NCBI GenBank assembly: GCA_902800345.1
Contig: CADCDO010000011.1
Span: forward strand, 6,084 to 70,083
DNA length: 64,000 nucleotides
Reading direction: 5' to 3'
Source of the DNA: Fibrobacter succinogenes
GTDB lineage: Bacteria; Fibrobacterota; Fibrobacteria; Fibrobacterales; Fibrobacteraceae
The notes beneath the pieces were generated by a model. The model had not been told where the DNA came from. It saw only the letters and a program-made list of their open reading frames with translations, and searched no databases. Below, piece after piece: positions 8,892 through 17,470 of the stretch (the first letter of the stretch is position 1; every line of letters begins with the position of its first letter). The position numbers and the translations under genes were made by a program.

Positions 8892-9959
8892 TTACACAAT
8901 TTGTCCGCCGCCGAGCACCATGTCGCCATCGTAAAAGACGGCGCACTGTCCCGGAGTCACGGCAAAGAGCGGTTCGTCAAAAACGGCAACGGCCTTGTTT
9001 GTATCGACGATGGTAATTTCGCAACCGACCGCTCGCTGGCGGTAACGCACCATGCCTTCGGCGCGGAACGTAGAACCGATCTCACGCACGCCACCATGCC
9101 ATTCGCAGTTCATCATTTCCACGCGGTCAAAGCAGACCGACGACTTGTCGCCCGTCACCACAATATCGCCCGTTTCCGGGTCCACATGCTTCACGAACGC
9201 GGGGACGCCTATCGCCACGCCCAGACCTTTACGCTGCCCGACCGTATATTTGTGGAATCCGTCGTGCGTGTTCCAAACCTTGCCTTTTTCATCAACAAAG
9301 CGGCCCGGGCGCGTCATCTCGCCAAAGCGGTCCTTGAGAAACTCGGTGTAATTCTTGCCGTAAATATCAAAGCAAATGTCCTGGCTGTCGCCAGTCTTCG
9401 CATTCACGAAGCCGTTCTGCTCCGCGATTTCGCGCACTTCGCTTTTCACGTACGTTCCAAGCGGCGTAAGCACATGATTGCGGCGTTCATCGGGAACCCA
9501 GAACAAAAAGTAGCTCTGGTCCTTGCCGGGGTCACGGCCACGCATCAGCCTGCGCGTTCCATTCACTTCTTCGATGCGCACGTAATGCCCCGTCGCCAAG
9601 AAGTCCGCGCCGAGCGATTTTGCGTAATCCATCATCCAGCCGAACTTGATAAAGCGATTGCAATAGCAGCAAGGGTTCGGCGTCCGCGCATGCGAAAAGT
9701 CCACATGGCAGCGTCTCAAGACATTATCGGTAAAAGCGTCGGAGCAGTTCGCCACGTGATGTTCGATGCCAAGCTTTTCGGCAATCATCTTCGCACGGAC
9801 TACGCTCGGGTCGTTATCGGCATCGAAAGCGCCATCGACATCGGGCAAAACGCGGAGCGTCACGCCCACGACTTCGTAGCCCTGCTGCTGCAAAAGCAAA
9901 GCGGCAACGGACGAATCCACGCCACCGCTCATGCCGACTGCTACTCTGGTTTTAGACAC
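8892..9959 (-). CDS. mnmA: tRNA 2-thiouridine(34) synthase MnmA
   Basis: 355 aa. It has a PP-loop (VAVGMSGGVDSSVAA) and the conserved Cys-containing motifs and C-terminal barrel typical of MnmA/TrmU. Confidence 0.95.
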   Translation of the reverse strand: MSKTRVAVGMSGGVDSSVAALLLQQQGYEVVGVTLRVLPDVDGAFDADNDPSVVRAKMIAEKLGIEHHVANCSDAFTDNVLRRCHVDFSHARTPNPCCYCNRFIKFGWMMDYAKSLGADFLATGHYVRIEEVNGTRRLMRGRDPGKDQSYFLFWVPDERRNHVLTPLGTYVKSEVREIAEQNGFVNAKTGDSQDICFDIYGKNYTEFLKDRFGEMTRPGRFVDEKGKVWNTHDGFHKYTVGQRKGLGVAIGVPAFVKHVDPETGDIVVTGDKSSVCFDRVEMMNCEWHGGVREIGSTFRAEGMVRYRQRAVGCEITIVDTNKAVAVFDEPLFAVTPGQCAVFYDGDMVLGGGQIV

Positions 9960-10139
9960 GCATTACTCCATCTTGAACTTAGAGCGAAACATCAAGCTAT
10001 GGGCTCGGTCGCCTACGGCTCCCTCTGAGCTATGGGGTATGAGCATAAATCATCAAGATTCGGACACTCAAGCCCAAAGCGAAGCGACCTCATAGTGCAA
10101 AGCACGACCCCATACCTCATAGCCAAAGCGCCAACGCCG

Positions 10140-13100
10140 CTAATCAAATCTCAGCATCAACGCAAGTTCGAACTGGAGAATTTGGCGCACGTGGGCCGTT
10201 TCGTCATCCAGTTTTTCATGAATCTGTCTATACTCGATATACGAACTGAGCGATGCCATCTTGTTGAACGTATAAGAAGCACTTGGCCTGATGAACCATT
10301 CATGCGTTCTCGACGGGACGGAACGATAAGTCTTTTCCAATTTCGGCTTGTAGGCTACGAAAGGTTCCAGACCAGAATCATATTTCCACTGCACGAATAC
10401 ACCATCCGTTCCGGATTCCTTATTTGTCATTTCATAGCCATTCACCGGCTCGTATTCCTTGCGGATCGTTTTCTTGTAATCATAACCTGCGGTCAGTTTC
10501 AAGTCGATATCGTTCTTGAGCTTGAAATACCACTTCCACAGCTGGAATCCCTTGTTGAGTTTCAACGGATACGTTATCGTAAAGTCGTCACCGACATTGA
10601 TTCCAAAGTCGTTATAAAGCGATGTCGGCATCCACGGCGTTTCAAGGTAATACCGCGTGGTATCCCTGCAATTCGAAGAGGTATCCGGCCAGCACGGGTT
10701 AGAAATCACTTCCTGTTTCGGACGGCGATCCGTCGATTCGATTTTCATGCGCACGCTGTTTTCGATACGCAAGTTGTTCTGCGTCAAGAACGATATACGC
10801 ACCAACGGGTTGAAATTCAATACACTCGACCATGAATCTTCGGCACTCTGGAAAGGACGTTTCGTCACCGTGCGGCTATAGTCGAAGCGGTGGCTCAGAC
10901 TTACGCTGCGGAAGCTGTTGAGGAACGGAACCTTCTGTGCAATGTTCGGAATAGAAACGCTTATGCCCAACTTCGGAAGAATGGTTGTCGTATCGATAAA
11001 CAACGGGTATTCGCGAGATTGCGAGAAGTCCTCTTTCCACTGGAAATCCGTCGTAACGGCAATATCCCAGAACGGCAAAGTGAATCCCGTTGAAATCTGC
11101 AACGAACGCGACACGGAATTGCGGAAACTGCCCTGATAGACAAGCGTATCCACGTTCCTGTTCCTATACTGCGCAAAGCCGATAAAGTCGTCACGGTCGG
11201 TAAGCCCCATGTCGCCCGTCATGATATTCCAGAGGCCGCGTCCACGGTAGCCGTTACCAAGGCCCAAACCGTAAAGGTAATACTGGAACGGCGTGACACG
11301 CTGCTGTTCGTACAACTGGGCAAGCGTAAAGTTTTCGCCAACGGTGTTCGTACTTGCATTCCAGTTGAACTTGATTTCCCGCCACTTAAGTTTGTTCAAG
11401 AAACTGGACACCGGATTGTCCTTTCCGAACAGGTTCGCAAGATCCATAATCTTGAGCGACGGAGTAAACTCGAAGCGGTTCGTCTGCGTAATGGTCCAGT
11501 AGTTCTTTTCGATATTGGAAGGATCCATGAAATCGTAATCGTCCGGAATGCTCTTCTGCTGGTTAAAGTCAGACGAGAACTGCATATTGAACGGCAAGAA
11601 CGGGATCAGCTTGGGATTGAAATTTATCCTAAACTGCTGGTTTCTAGAACGTTCGTTGCGGAGGATGCCGTACGCACGTCCATATTCGCGATGCCCAACG
11701 CTATCGACCTTGTAGAACGAAGTCGTATCGTAACGGATCTCGTAGGAATCCGGATTCTGCAAGTCTATCGCCATCGTGCCTTTCGCGATGGTATCAATAG
11801 GTACAATCACGAGACTGTCACGGGACATATAGACCCTCCTGTCGGAATGGTCATGGTCAAAGATGTACCCGCTTGCAAAAAGACCACCTTCATCAAAGCT
11901 GAAGAAATTCTCCTTCGTGAATGCTTCGCGGTCACCGCCACCATACATATCACGCCTGATATTCACGGCATAGTTCACCGAAAGGAACGAAAGGATGTTC
12001 CAGCGCATGTTCAGCTTATGGTTGAGTTCGGCGGTATAGGTCACCACCTTATCGACTTGCGGCTCCACAAAGTCCGGATCGCGGCTCTGGTTCACGTAGC
12101 GCACGTAGTTGAAGTCAAAGAGAGTCAAATCGAATGTCTGCGGCCATGGTTCAAATTCCGTCTTCGACAGGTCCTTGAGCCAGGAAAACTTTTCGAGACC
12201 CTCGAACGGCTTGAACTTGAACATGCTGAACGTACCCAGCTTGTACTCGAACAACGTATGGTAGGAATATGTGGAATCCGCCGATGTCGTCGAACGACCC
12301 TCGGACTGGTGGTACGAATAGCTCAACGCCGGACGTTCCAAGAAGGCCTGCGACAAGAACTCGCCCCACTTGGTTTCGCTCGCCTTGTAGTCCTTGTGAT
12401 AGCTGATGCTGAAGTTCAAGTCCTGCACATAGGATTCATAGCCCTTGGACTCGGCATTGTCCCTCAGCTTATTTTCTTCGCCATCCGACTCCACGGCAAG
12501 ATTGCCTTCGAACATGTCGCCCGTCAAGTCCGCGAAACTGCTCTTTTTAAGAATCATGTCGTCCGTCGGCTTCATGTAGGGGCGCTTCGTAGAACTGTGG
12601 TAGCCCAACGACACCGGGATATGATAGCCTAGAGAGTCGTTCAGGAACTTGTTGAGAGCAATGGAAATGTCCGCCGAAATGTCGAGCTGTGAAGCGGCCT
12701 GCGCCGGGTCCGGTTTCGGGGAACGCCCGGAATTGGAGAGCGTCGCAAAATCGCCGTCCTGGTAACGCACGGCGCCCGAAAGCGAGATAAAGTCTGCAAA
12801 GTTCACCTGGCCATTCACGCGAGCCGCATAACCCCAGTCCGTATCCATTTCGGAAAGGCGCAAGTCGTTCAGCCAGAATGTACCCTTGAGATCTTCCGGA
12901 GACGCCGAGGAATCCGCAATAATCACAAAGCGGATCCAATCGACCTTCGTGATAGACGGGTTACCGACCAGGCGAAGTTTTTCTTCCCTATCGCCACCAA
13001 TGTTCCTGACAACCGGTTCCAAATATGGCGGATGGCGGCCACGCTTCAGGTTCGAGAACTCGACCAGATTCATCGCAAAGGCGTTATCAAGCCAGTTCTG

Positions 13101-16100
13101 CTCATGGCAATCCACATCGCGCGAACAATCATGGGAAAGATTCTTCGGACGGAAACTCCATTCGTAGTAATCGCTGGAACCGTCTATGGACCCTTCACCG
13201 AACTGGAGTGCAAAGCGCACCGGGGCCTTGTCGATTTTCTTGTCCGTCTCGTAATGGATTTCCATTTTCAGGGACTTATACGACGAGAAATTCTTCGTAT
13301 CGGTTTCGAACAAGCGCGTCACGCCCACTTCCTGGCCCGGGCTCATATTGTGGTAATCCAGAACAAGCGCCGTTTCCTTGAGCGGAGCGTTAGAATCTGC
13401 GTCGCGCTCCGTGACAGTATTCGGGGACTTGACATACTGTTTCGCGTTTTCACGGTTATTGATCGTGGATACCTTGATGTACGTCGTATCCCGTGTGGCC
13501 ACCAGTTCGGAGACTCGGCTCTCGACGCCGTTCACCTCGACAATCTGCGAATTTTCAGAAGTGGTTGTACGGTAGAAGTCCGAGACAGTGGTTTCTTCCC
13601 AGGCGTTTCCAAGCACGGCAAGGCTCACCACCTGGACTTTCGCTTCGGCAACACCCGGATTAAGGCGCCCTATCCACATACGGGTGAACTGGGATTCCGC
13701 AAGAATTTCCTTGTAGCTGTTGCCGGTCGGAGAGACAATCGTATCGTACAGGTTCAGCGGAATGCGCCACTTGCGCCAGCCATTTTTGAGTTTTTCGAAA
13801 TTCGCGAGATTCGTATCGGAAAGGTCAACTCGATAGCGGACAAAACTGATGTCCTTGTCAAGAGCTCCGTTCTTGTTGATATCTTCGGTATCGTAAGCGC
13901 GTTCGCCCAGGTTGTTTTCAGTTCCGTTAATGGTTTTCGGCGGATCGCTTTCGTCATCCATGTCCTTGAAATCATCACCGGCAATATCCCTTTCCGAAGG
14001 ATCGACATTACCGTAAAGCACTCCATGCGGAATCGAATCGCACCCTGTAATGCGGCAATCCCACTCGATCCAAGTTTCTTCGGTACCCGTAAGGCCGTCA
14101 AGGCCGCGGTCATGCTGCGCCGTCGTCATGCCAATAAGGTTTTCACCGTTATAGTCATCGTTTGGCGCATAACCGTTTATCGAAAGGTCTTCGCTCACAA
14201 GGCCCAAGTCAATAAAGATGGAACCGGAATTACCGCGCGCGACAATTTCGATATACTTCATCTCGCTCATATCCTGGTAATACGAGCTGTTCGGGCGCAT
14301 GATACCACCCCACGAATTTCCCATGAGGTTATCGTTCGGGCGAAGCGTCATCTTGAGCACGGTCAGGTGCTGGTTATCGACGTCGGAGTTACCAACGTTG
14401 TCGTAAATATACTTGTAGAGCTCCGTATTGTTGCTGTGCCAAATAAATTCACCTTGATGTCGGTAATCCTCGTTTTCGTTATAAGTCGAAAGATTATTAA
14501 TCGTACCTCCCGGAGGAGATGCCGGATACCAGGACAGTCTAGACAAAGGATACACAAGCCCCGTCGCCGTCGATTCAAAATCCTCGACAAGCGCAGTCTG
14601 CTTGTCGCTCGTGTTCGCATTGTGGCGGCTACCGGCAAATTCCGCTTCGACGCGCCAGTTCGAGGTGGCCGTAGTCTGGATTCCCGGAATCGCATTCACC
14701 AAGTCCGTGAGCGCCTGTACGGAATCCTGCAAACGGATGTTAAAGCCCCAGAGGAAGCTGGAATACGGTTCGTTACCAAGCGTCGGGACTTCGGCCGTCG
14801 TGCTCTGGCTCCTGTAAAGAGCGGTAATGCCGAAAACGGACCCCGCCCCAAAGCCGTACAAGTCCAAAGGCAGTTCCGCACGTGCACCCAGGAGCAGCTT
14901 GTTGTCAATTTCAAACAAAGGTTCGCATTCAAACTTGACCTTGATTTCCTTGTTCGGATCCAAGGCGCGTTCGCTCAAAAGCTCAATCTGACCGAGTTCG
15001 TAGTTGACTTCGTAGTCCGTTCCTCGAATAAGCGTCGTGGAACCGGCAGTCACCTTTTCAGACCCCGGCGAAATATCCATACAGCTACCGCTATTGACGG
15101 AGTAACTCGAATTCGGGTCACGCACGCTGAGCATGGAATTGCGGCGCTTGCCCATAGATTCAAAATAGAACTGGCTCGTGTAGCGGCTCAAGTTATAGAC
15201 CGGCAAGTTATAAAGCTGATCCATCGCCGCAGACGAATCCAGGTTGCGCAACGGCTCCAAGCAGTTCTGCTTGGCGACCTCCCTCGCCTTGTCCTTGTAG
15301 TTAGCATAAATCGAATCGGTCCATAACCTACAGGGCAGCCACATTTCTCCCGTATAGCTCCCCGAAGCATCCTTCTTGAAAATTTCGGCATCGTTTACCA
15401 AGGGCGAGCCGCTCTTTTCATCCACAAGTCCCAGTGTCTTCAGATAATTTCCGGAAATGCCCGACTTGTTCTTCATGCGAAGGACAAAGTTGTTCGCACT
15501 CGCATCAGATATGCCGATGGAATAGACATTTCGAAGCATCAACTTGTCGATATCCTTGAGTTCGCTAAGCGAGGCATCCCACTGGATAAGCACAGCCGTG
15601 TCTCTATTACGTAATTTCGAGCCCCACTTCGCAGCCACGAGCGTGTTGCGACTGACGCCGTTAATTTTCACGATACCCGTCTTGGCATCGTACTTATAAT
15701 CTTCATCCCGGATTTCCACCATGCGGTCAACGGTCTTTGTAATGGGCACACCCTGCCGCGTGACATACTTTACCGTTATTTCCTTGAATACATCGTTCGT
15801 TTCGTTCAACGAACTTCTCTTGTACAACTTCAAGTCCGACAACGGTCTGTTTATCGTGTTGCCCTTAATTGCAGCTTCGAGATACTCGTCCCTCACCTCA
15901 TGGTTCAGGAAGTAATAGCGGTATGCAACAAACTGCTTGTCCGTCACCTGGAACTCGGTCGTCGATTCGTTCGCCTTGATGGAATACTCTTCCTGCTGTC
16001 CACCGTCCTGGGAGGCAATCGTCGTGAGTTTCCAGTCGCCCAACTTCCATTCCGCCTTGATGCCGAAAAGGCCCTGGTGGTTTTCGGAATATCCGGTAAA

Positions 16101-17348
16101 CTCCGTACCGGCAAGCGACAAGTTCGTCGTACCCGCTTCGACACGTTGCAAGATGTAGTCTTCGAATTCACCCTTGAACGATTCCTCATAGACGACGCGG
16201 ACTTCGTTCTGGGCACCGAGGCCCTCATCGACGTTCTTGATTTCGACCGTGATGTACGGACCAATCTTACCTTCGACCATGAAGCTCGGGTTGTAGTCCA
16301 AGGACGGAGATGGCCAAAGGCTCGTCTTGGTGCTGCCCTCGGCATCGTCCTTTTCGCCATACCCCTTGAAGCGGACATCCATCGAACCCTTCAACATGAG
16401 TTTCGGCTTGTTGAACCCGAAGTCCTTCATCCATGCCGGCATGTTCACCGGGATCGTGATATCAAATACGGAACCCGTCTCAGGCGCCTCGTAACCATCG
16501 TTCTGTCCGATAAGACCGTTAAGCCAAAGACGCTTGCGGCCCACATCGTACATGTCCGAAACGTAATCCGCAAGTTCCGGATAATGCGAAGTCCAGATTA
16601 CCGCCGTATCCATGCGGTTAGCCGTATTCACGCGCTTTTCAGACACGTCGATTTCACGCGTCGCGACATCGATATCGTGAGTGAACAATTGCCCCTTCGA
16701 CGCATTCATCAGGCCCGACCGCGTGCCGATGCCGCCCATGGGCAGGAGCCCATCCAACGGAGACGTCGATTTAGGCACGGGAATATACTTCATGGCAGGC
16801 GTCCAGGCGTCAGGCCCCTCTTCGGAGGCAACATCCGTCGCAGGCGCCTCAGAAGGAGCCGGTACGGACTCCTTGACGACCGGCTTCACTGCAGACGACG
16901 AAACCGGTTTAACCGACGAGGACGACCGGACAGCTGAATACGCAGGCTCGACAGCAGACGAAGCTGGAACCGCCGCGGAAGACAACGTCACAGCGGACGA
17001 AACAGGAACGACCGCAGAAGACAAAACATTACTCGAACTCGAAGGTTCGGTCAGCGGCTTTGCCGCCGAAGACACAAGCGAAGTCGAAGACGAAGACTGA
17101 ACCGCCGAAGACGGTCGAGACGAAGAAACCGAAGCCGAGGACGCAACCGACGATGCCGGAGCGGCTGCCGAAGAAGACACGCCGACCGATGCAGTAGATA
17201 CCGACGGCACATCCTGGAAAAGTTCATCGTCAAAAAGAGATTCATACGAGCCAAGCGTCCCGTCCTGAGACCAGACGGAACCCACAGCCACAAAGCTGCA
17301 CGCAGCAAAACCCCAAAGGGCGGAATTTAAAATCTTTCTAAAACGCAA
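10140..17348 (-). CDS. sprA: Giant outer-membrane protein, SprA/Sov-like (candidate type IX secretion translocon)
   Basis: Single 2402-aa ORF. It has an N-terminal signal peptide and a Ser/Ala/Val-rich low-complexity stretch (about aa 50-170). The rest is a very long region rich in aromatic/Gly/Asn/Asp, with the composition of a beta-barrel. Its length is almost identical to the flavobacterial SprA as I remember it. The window also has a protease with a T9SS-like C-terminal domain. Homology is not verified. Confidence 0.5.
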   Translation of the reverse strand: MRFRKILNSALWGFAACSFVAVGSVWSQDGTLGSYESLFDDELFQDVPSVSTASVGVSSSAAAPASSVASSASVSSSRPSSAVQSSSSTSLVSSAAKPLTEPSSSSNVLSSAVVPVSSAVTLSSAAVPASSAVEPAYSAVRSSSSVKPVSSSAVKPVVKESVPAPSEAPATDVASEEGPDAWTPAMKYIPVPKSTSPLDGLLPMGGIGTRSGLMNASKGQLFTHDIDVATREIDVSEKRVNTANRMDTAVIWTSHYPELADYVSDMYDVGRKRLWLNGLIGQNDGYEAPETGSVFDITIPVNMPAWMKDFGFNKPKLMLKGSMDVRFKGYGEKDDAEGSTKTSLWPSPSLDYNPSFMVEGKIGPYITVEIKNVDEGLGAQNEVRVVYEESFKGEFEDYILQRVEAGTTNLSLAGTEFTGYSENHQGLFGIKAEWKLGDWKLTTIASQDGGQQEEYSIKANESTTEFQVTDKQFVAYRYYFLNHEVRDEYLEAAIKGNTINRPLSDLKLYKRSSLNETNDVFKEITVKYVTRQGVPITKTVDRMVEIRDEDYKYDAKTGIVKINGVSRNTLVAAKWGSKLRNRDTAVLIQWDASLSELKDIDKLMLRNVYSIGISDASANNFVLRMKNKSGISGNYLKTLGLVDEKSGSPLVNDAEIFKKDASGSYTGEMWLPCRLWTDSIYANYKDKAREVAKQNCLEPLRNLDSSAAMDQLYNLPVYNLSRYTSQFYFESMGKRRNSMLSVRDPNSSYSVNSGSCMDISPGSEKVTAGSTTLIRGTDYEVNYELGQIELLSERALDPNKEIKVKFECEPLFEIDNKLLLGARAELPLDLYGFGAGSVFGITALYRSQSTTAEVPTLGNEPYSSFLWGFNIRLQDSVQALTDLVNAIPGIQTTATSNWRVEAEFAGSRHNANTSDKQTALVEDFESTATGLVYPLSRLSWYPASPPGGTINNLSTYNENEDYRHQGEFIWHSNNTELYKYIYDNVGNSDVDNQHLTVLKMTLRPNDNLMGNSWGGIMRPNSSYYQDMSEMKYIEIVARGNSGSIFIDLGLVSEDLSINGYAPNDDYNGENLIGMTTAQHDRGLDGLTGTEETWIEWDCRITGCDSIPHGVLYGNVDPSERDIAGDDFKDMDDESDPPKTINGTENNLGERAYDTEDINKNGALDKDISFVRYRVDLSDTNLANFEKLKNGWRKWRIPLNLYDTIVSPTGNSYKEILAESQFTRMWIGRLNPGVAEAKVQVVSLAVLGNAWEETTVSDFYRTTTSENSQIVEVNGVESRVSELVATRDTTYIKVSTINNRENAKQYVKSPNTVTERDADSNAPLKETALVLDYHNMSPGQEVGVTRLFETDTKNFSSYKSLKMEIHYETDKKIDKAPVRFALQFGEGSIDGSSDYYEWSFRPKNLSHDCSRDVDCHEQNWLDNAFAMNLVEFSNLKRGRHPPYLEPVVRNIGGDREEKLRLVGNPSITKVDWIRFVIIADSSASPEDLKGTFWLNDLRLSEMDTDWGYAARVNGQVNFADFISLSGAVRYQDGDFATLSNSGRSPKPDPAQAASQLDISADISIALNKFLNDSLGYHIPVSLGYHSSTKRPYMKPTDDMILKKSSFADLTGDMFEGNLAVESDGEENKLRDNAESKGYESYVQDLNFSISYHKDYKASETKWGEFLSQAFLERPALSYSYHQSEGRSTTSADSTYSYHTLFEYKLGTFSMFKFKPFEGLEKFSWLKDLSKTEFEPWPQTFDLTLFDFNYVRYVNQSRDPDFVEPQVDKVVTYTAELNHKLNMRWNILSFLSVNYAVNIRRDMYGGGDREAFTKENFFSFDEGGLFASGYIFDHDHSDRRVYMSRDSLVIVPIDTIAKGTMAIDLQNPDSYEIRYDTTSFYKVDSVGHREYGRAYGILRNERSRNQQFRINFNPKLIPFLPFNMQFSSDFNQQKSIPDDYDFMDPSNIEKNYWTITQTNRFEFTPSLKIMDLANLFGKDNPVSSFLNKLKWREIKFNWNASTNTVGENFTLAQLYEQQRVTPFQYYLYGLGLGNGYRGRGLWNIMTGDMGLTDRDDFIGFAQYRNRNVDTLVYQGSFRNSVSRSLQISTGFTLPFWDIAVTTDFQWKEDFSQSREYPLFIDTTTILPKLGISVSIPNIAQKVPFLNSFRSVSLSHRFDYSRTVTKRPFQSAEDSWSSVLNFNPLVRISFLTQNNLRIENSVRMKIESTDRRPKQEVISNPCWPDTSSNCRDTTRYYLETPWMPTSLYNDFGINVGDDFTITYPLKLNKGFQLWKWYFKLKNDIDLKLTAGYDYKKTIRKEYEPVNGYEMTNKESGTDGVFVQWKYDSGLEPFVAYKPKLEKTYRSVPSRTHEWFIRPSASYTFNKMASLSSYIEYRQIHEKLDDETAHVRQILQFELALMLRFD

Positions 17349-17470
17349 CGGTTACAAGATACAAAAACGGGACGTTCAAAATTAGCACCGATAACATAGC
17401 AAAAAAGAAACGCCCCCGTTTTCGCGGAAGCGTTTCAAATTCGGATTCTAGCCCCTAATCCAAGGATAAA

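Noticed and set aside
8698-8946. N-terminal extensions offered by the ORF track. These are 8698..8946, 19364..19471, 20425..20556, 24616..24735, 25646..25729, 47088..47159, 51156..51224 and 62600..62629.
   Set aside because: In each case an internal ATG yields a canonical N-terminus: a lipoprotein signal, MCGIVGY of GlmS, or MSRICE of L28. The extension either has junk-like composition or overlaps a neighbouring gene or terminator.
13032-15326. A 764-aa plus-strand ORF, together with other long antisense ORFs: 11691..12632, 15900..16937, 8643..10028, 17789..19255, 25901..27490, 48376..49353, 50241..51131, 53032..54183, 54997..56289 and 62673..63728.
   Set aside because: All lie fully inside, and antisense to, well-supported genes with clear family motifs. 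Their translations are Arg/His/Val-rich low-information sequence with no motifs. They are typical shadow ORFs of GC-rich coding DNA.
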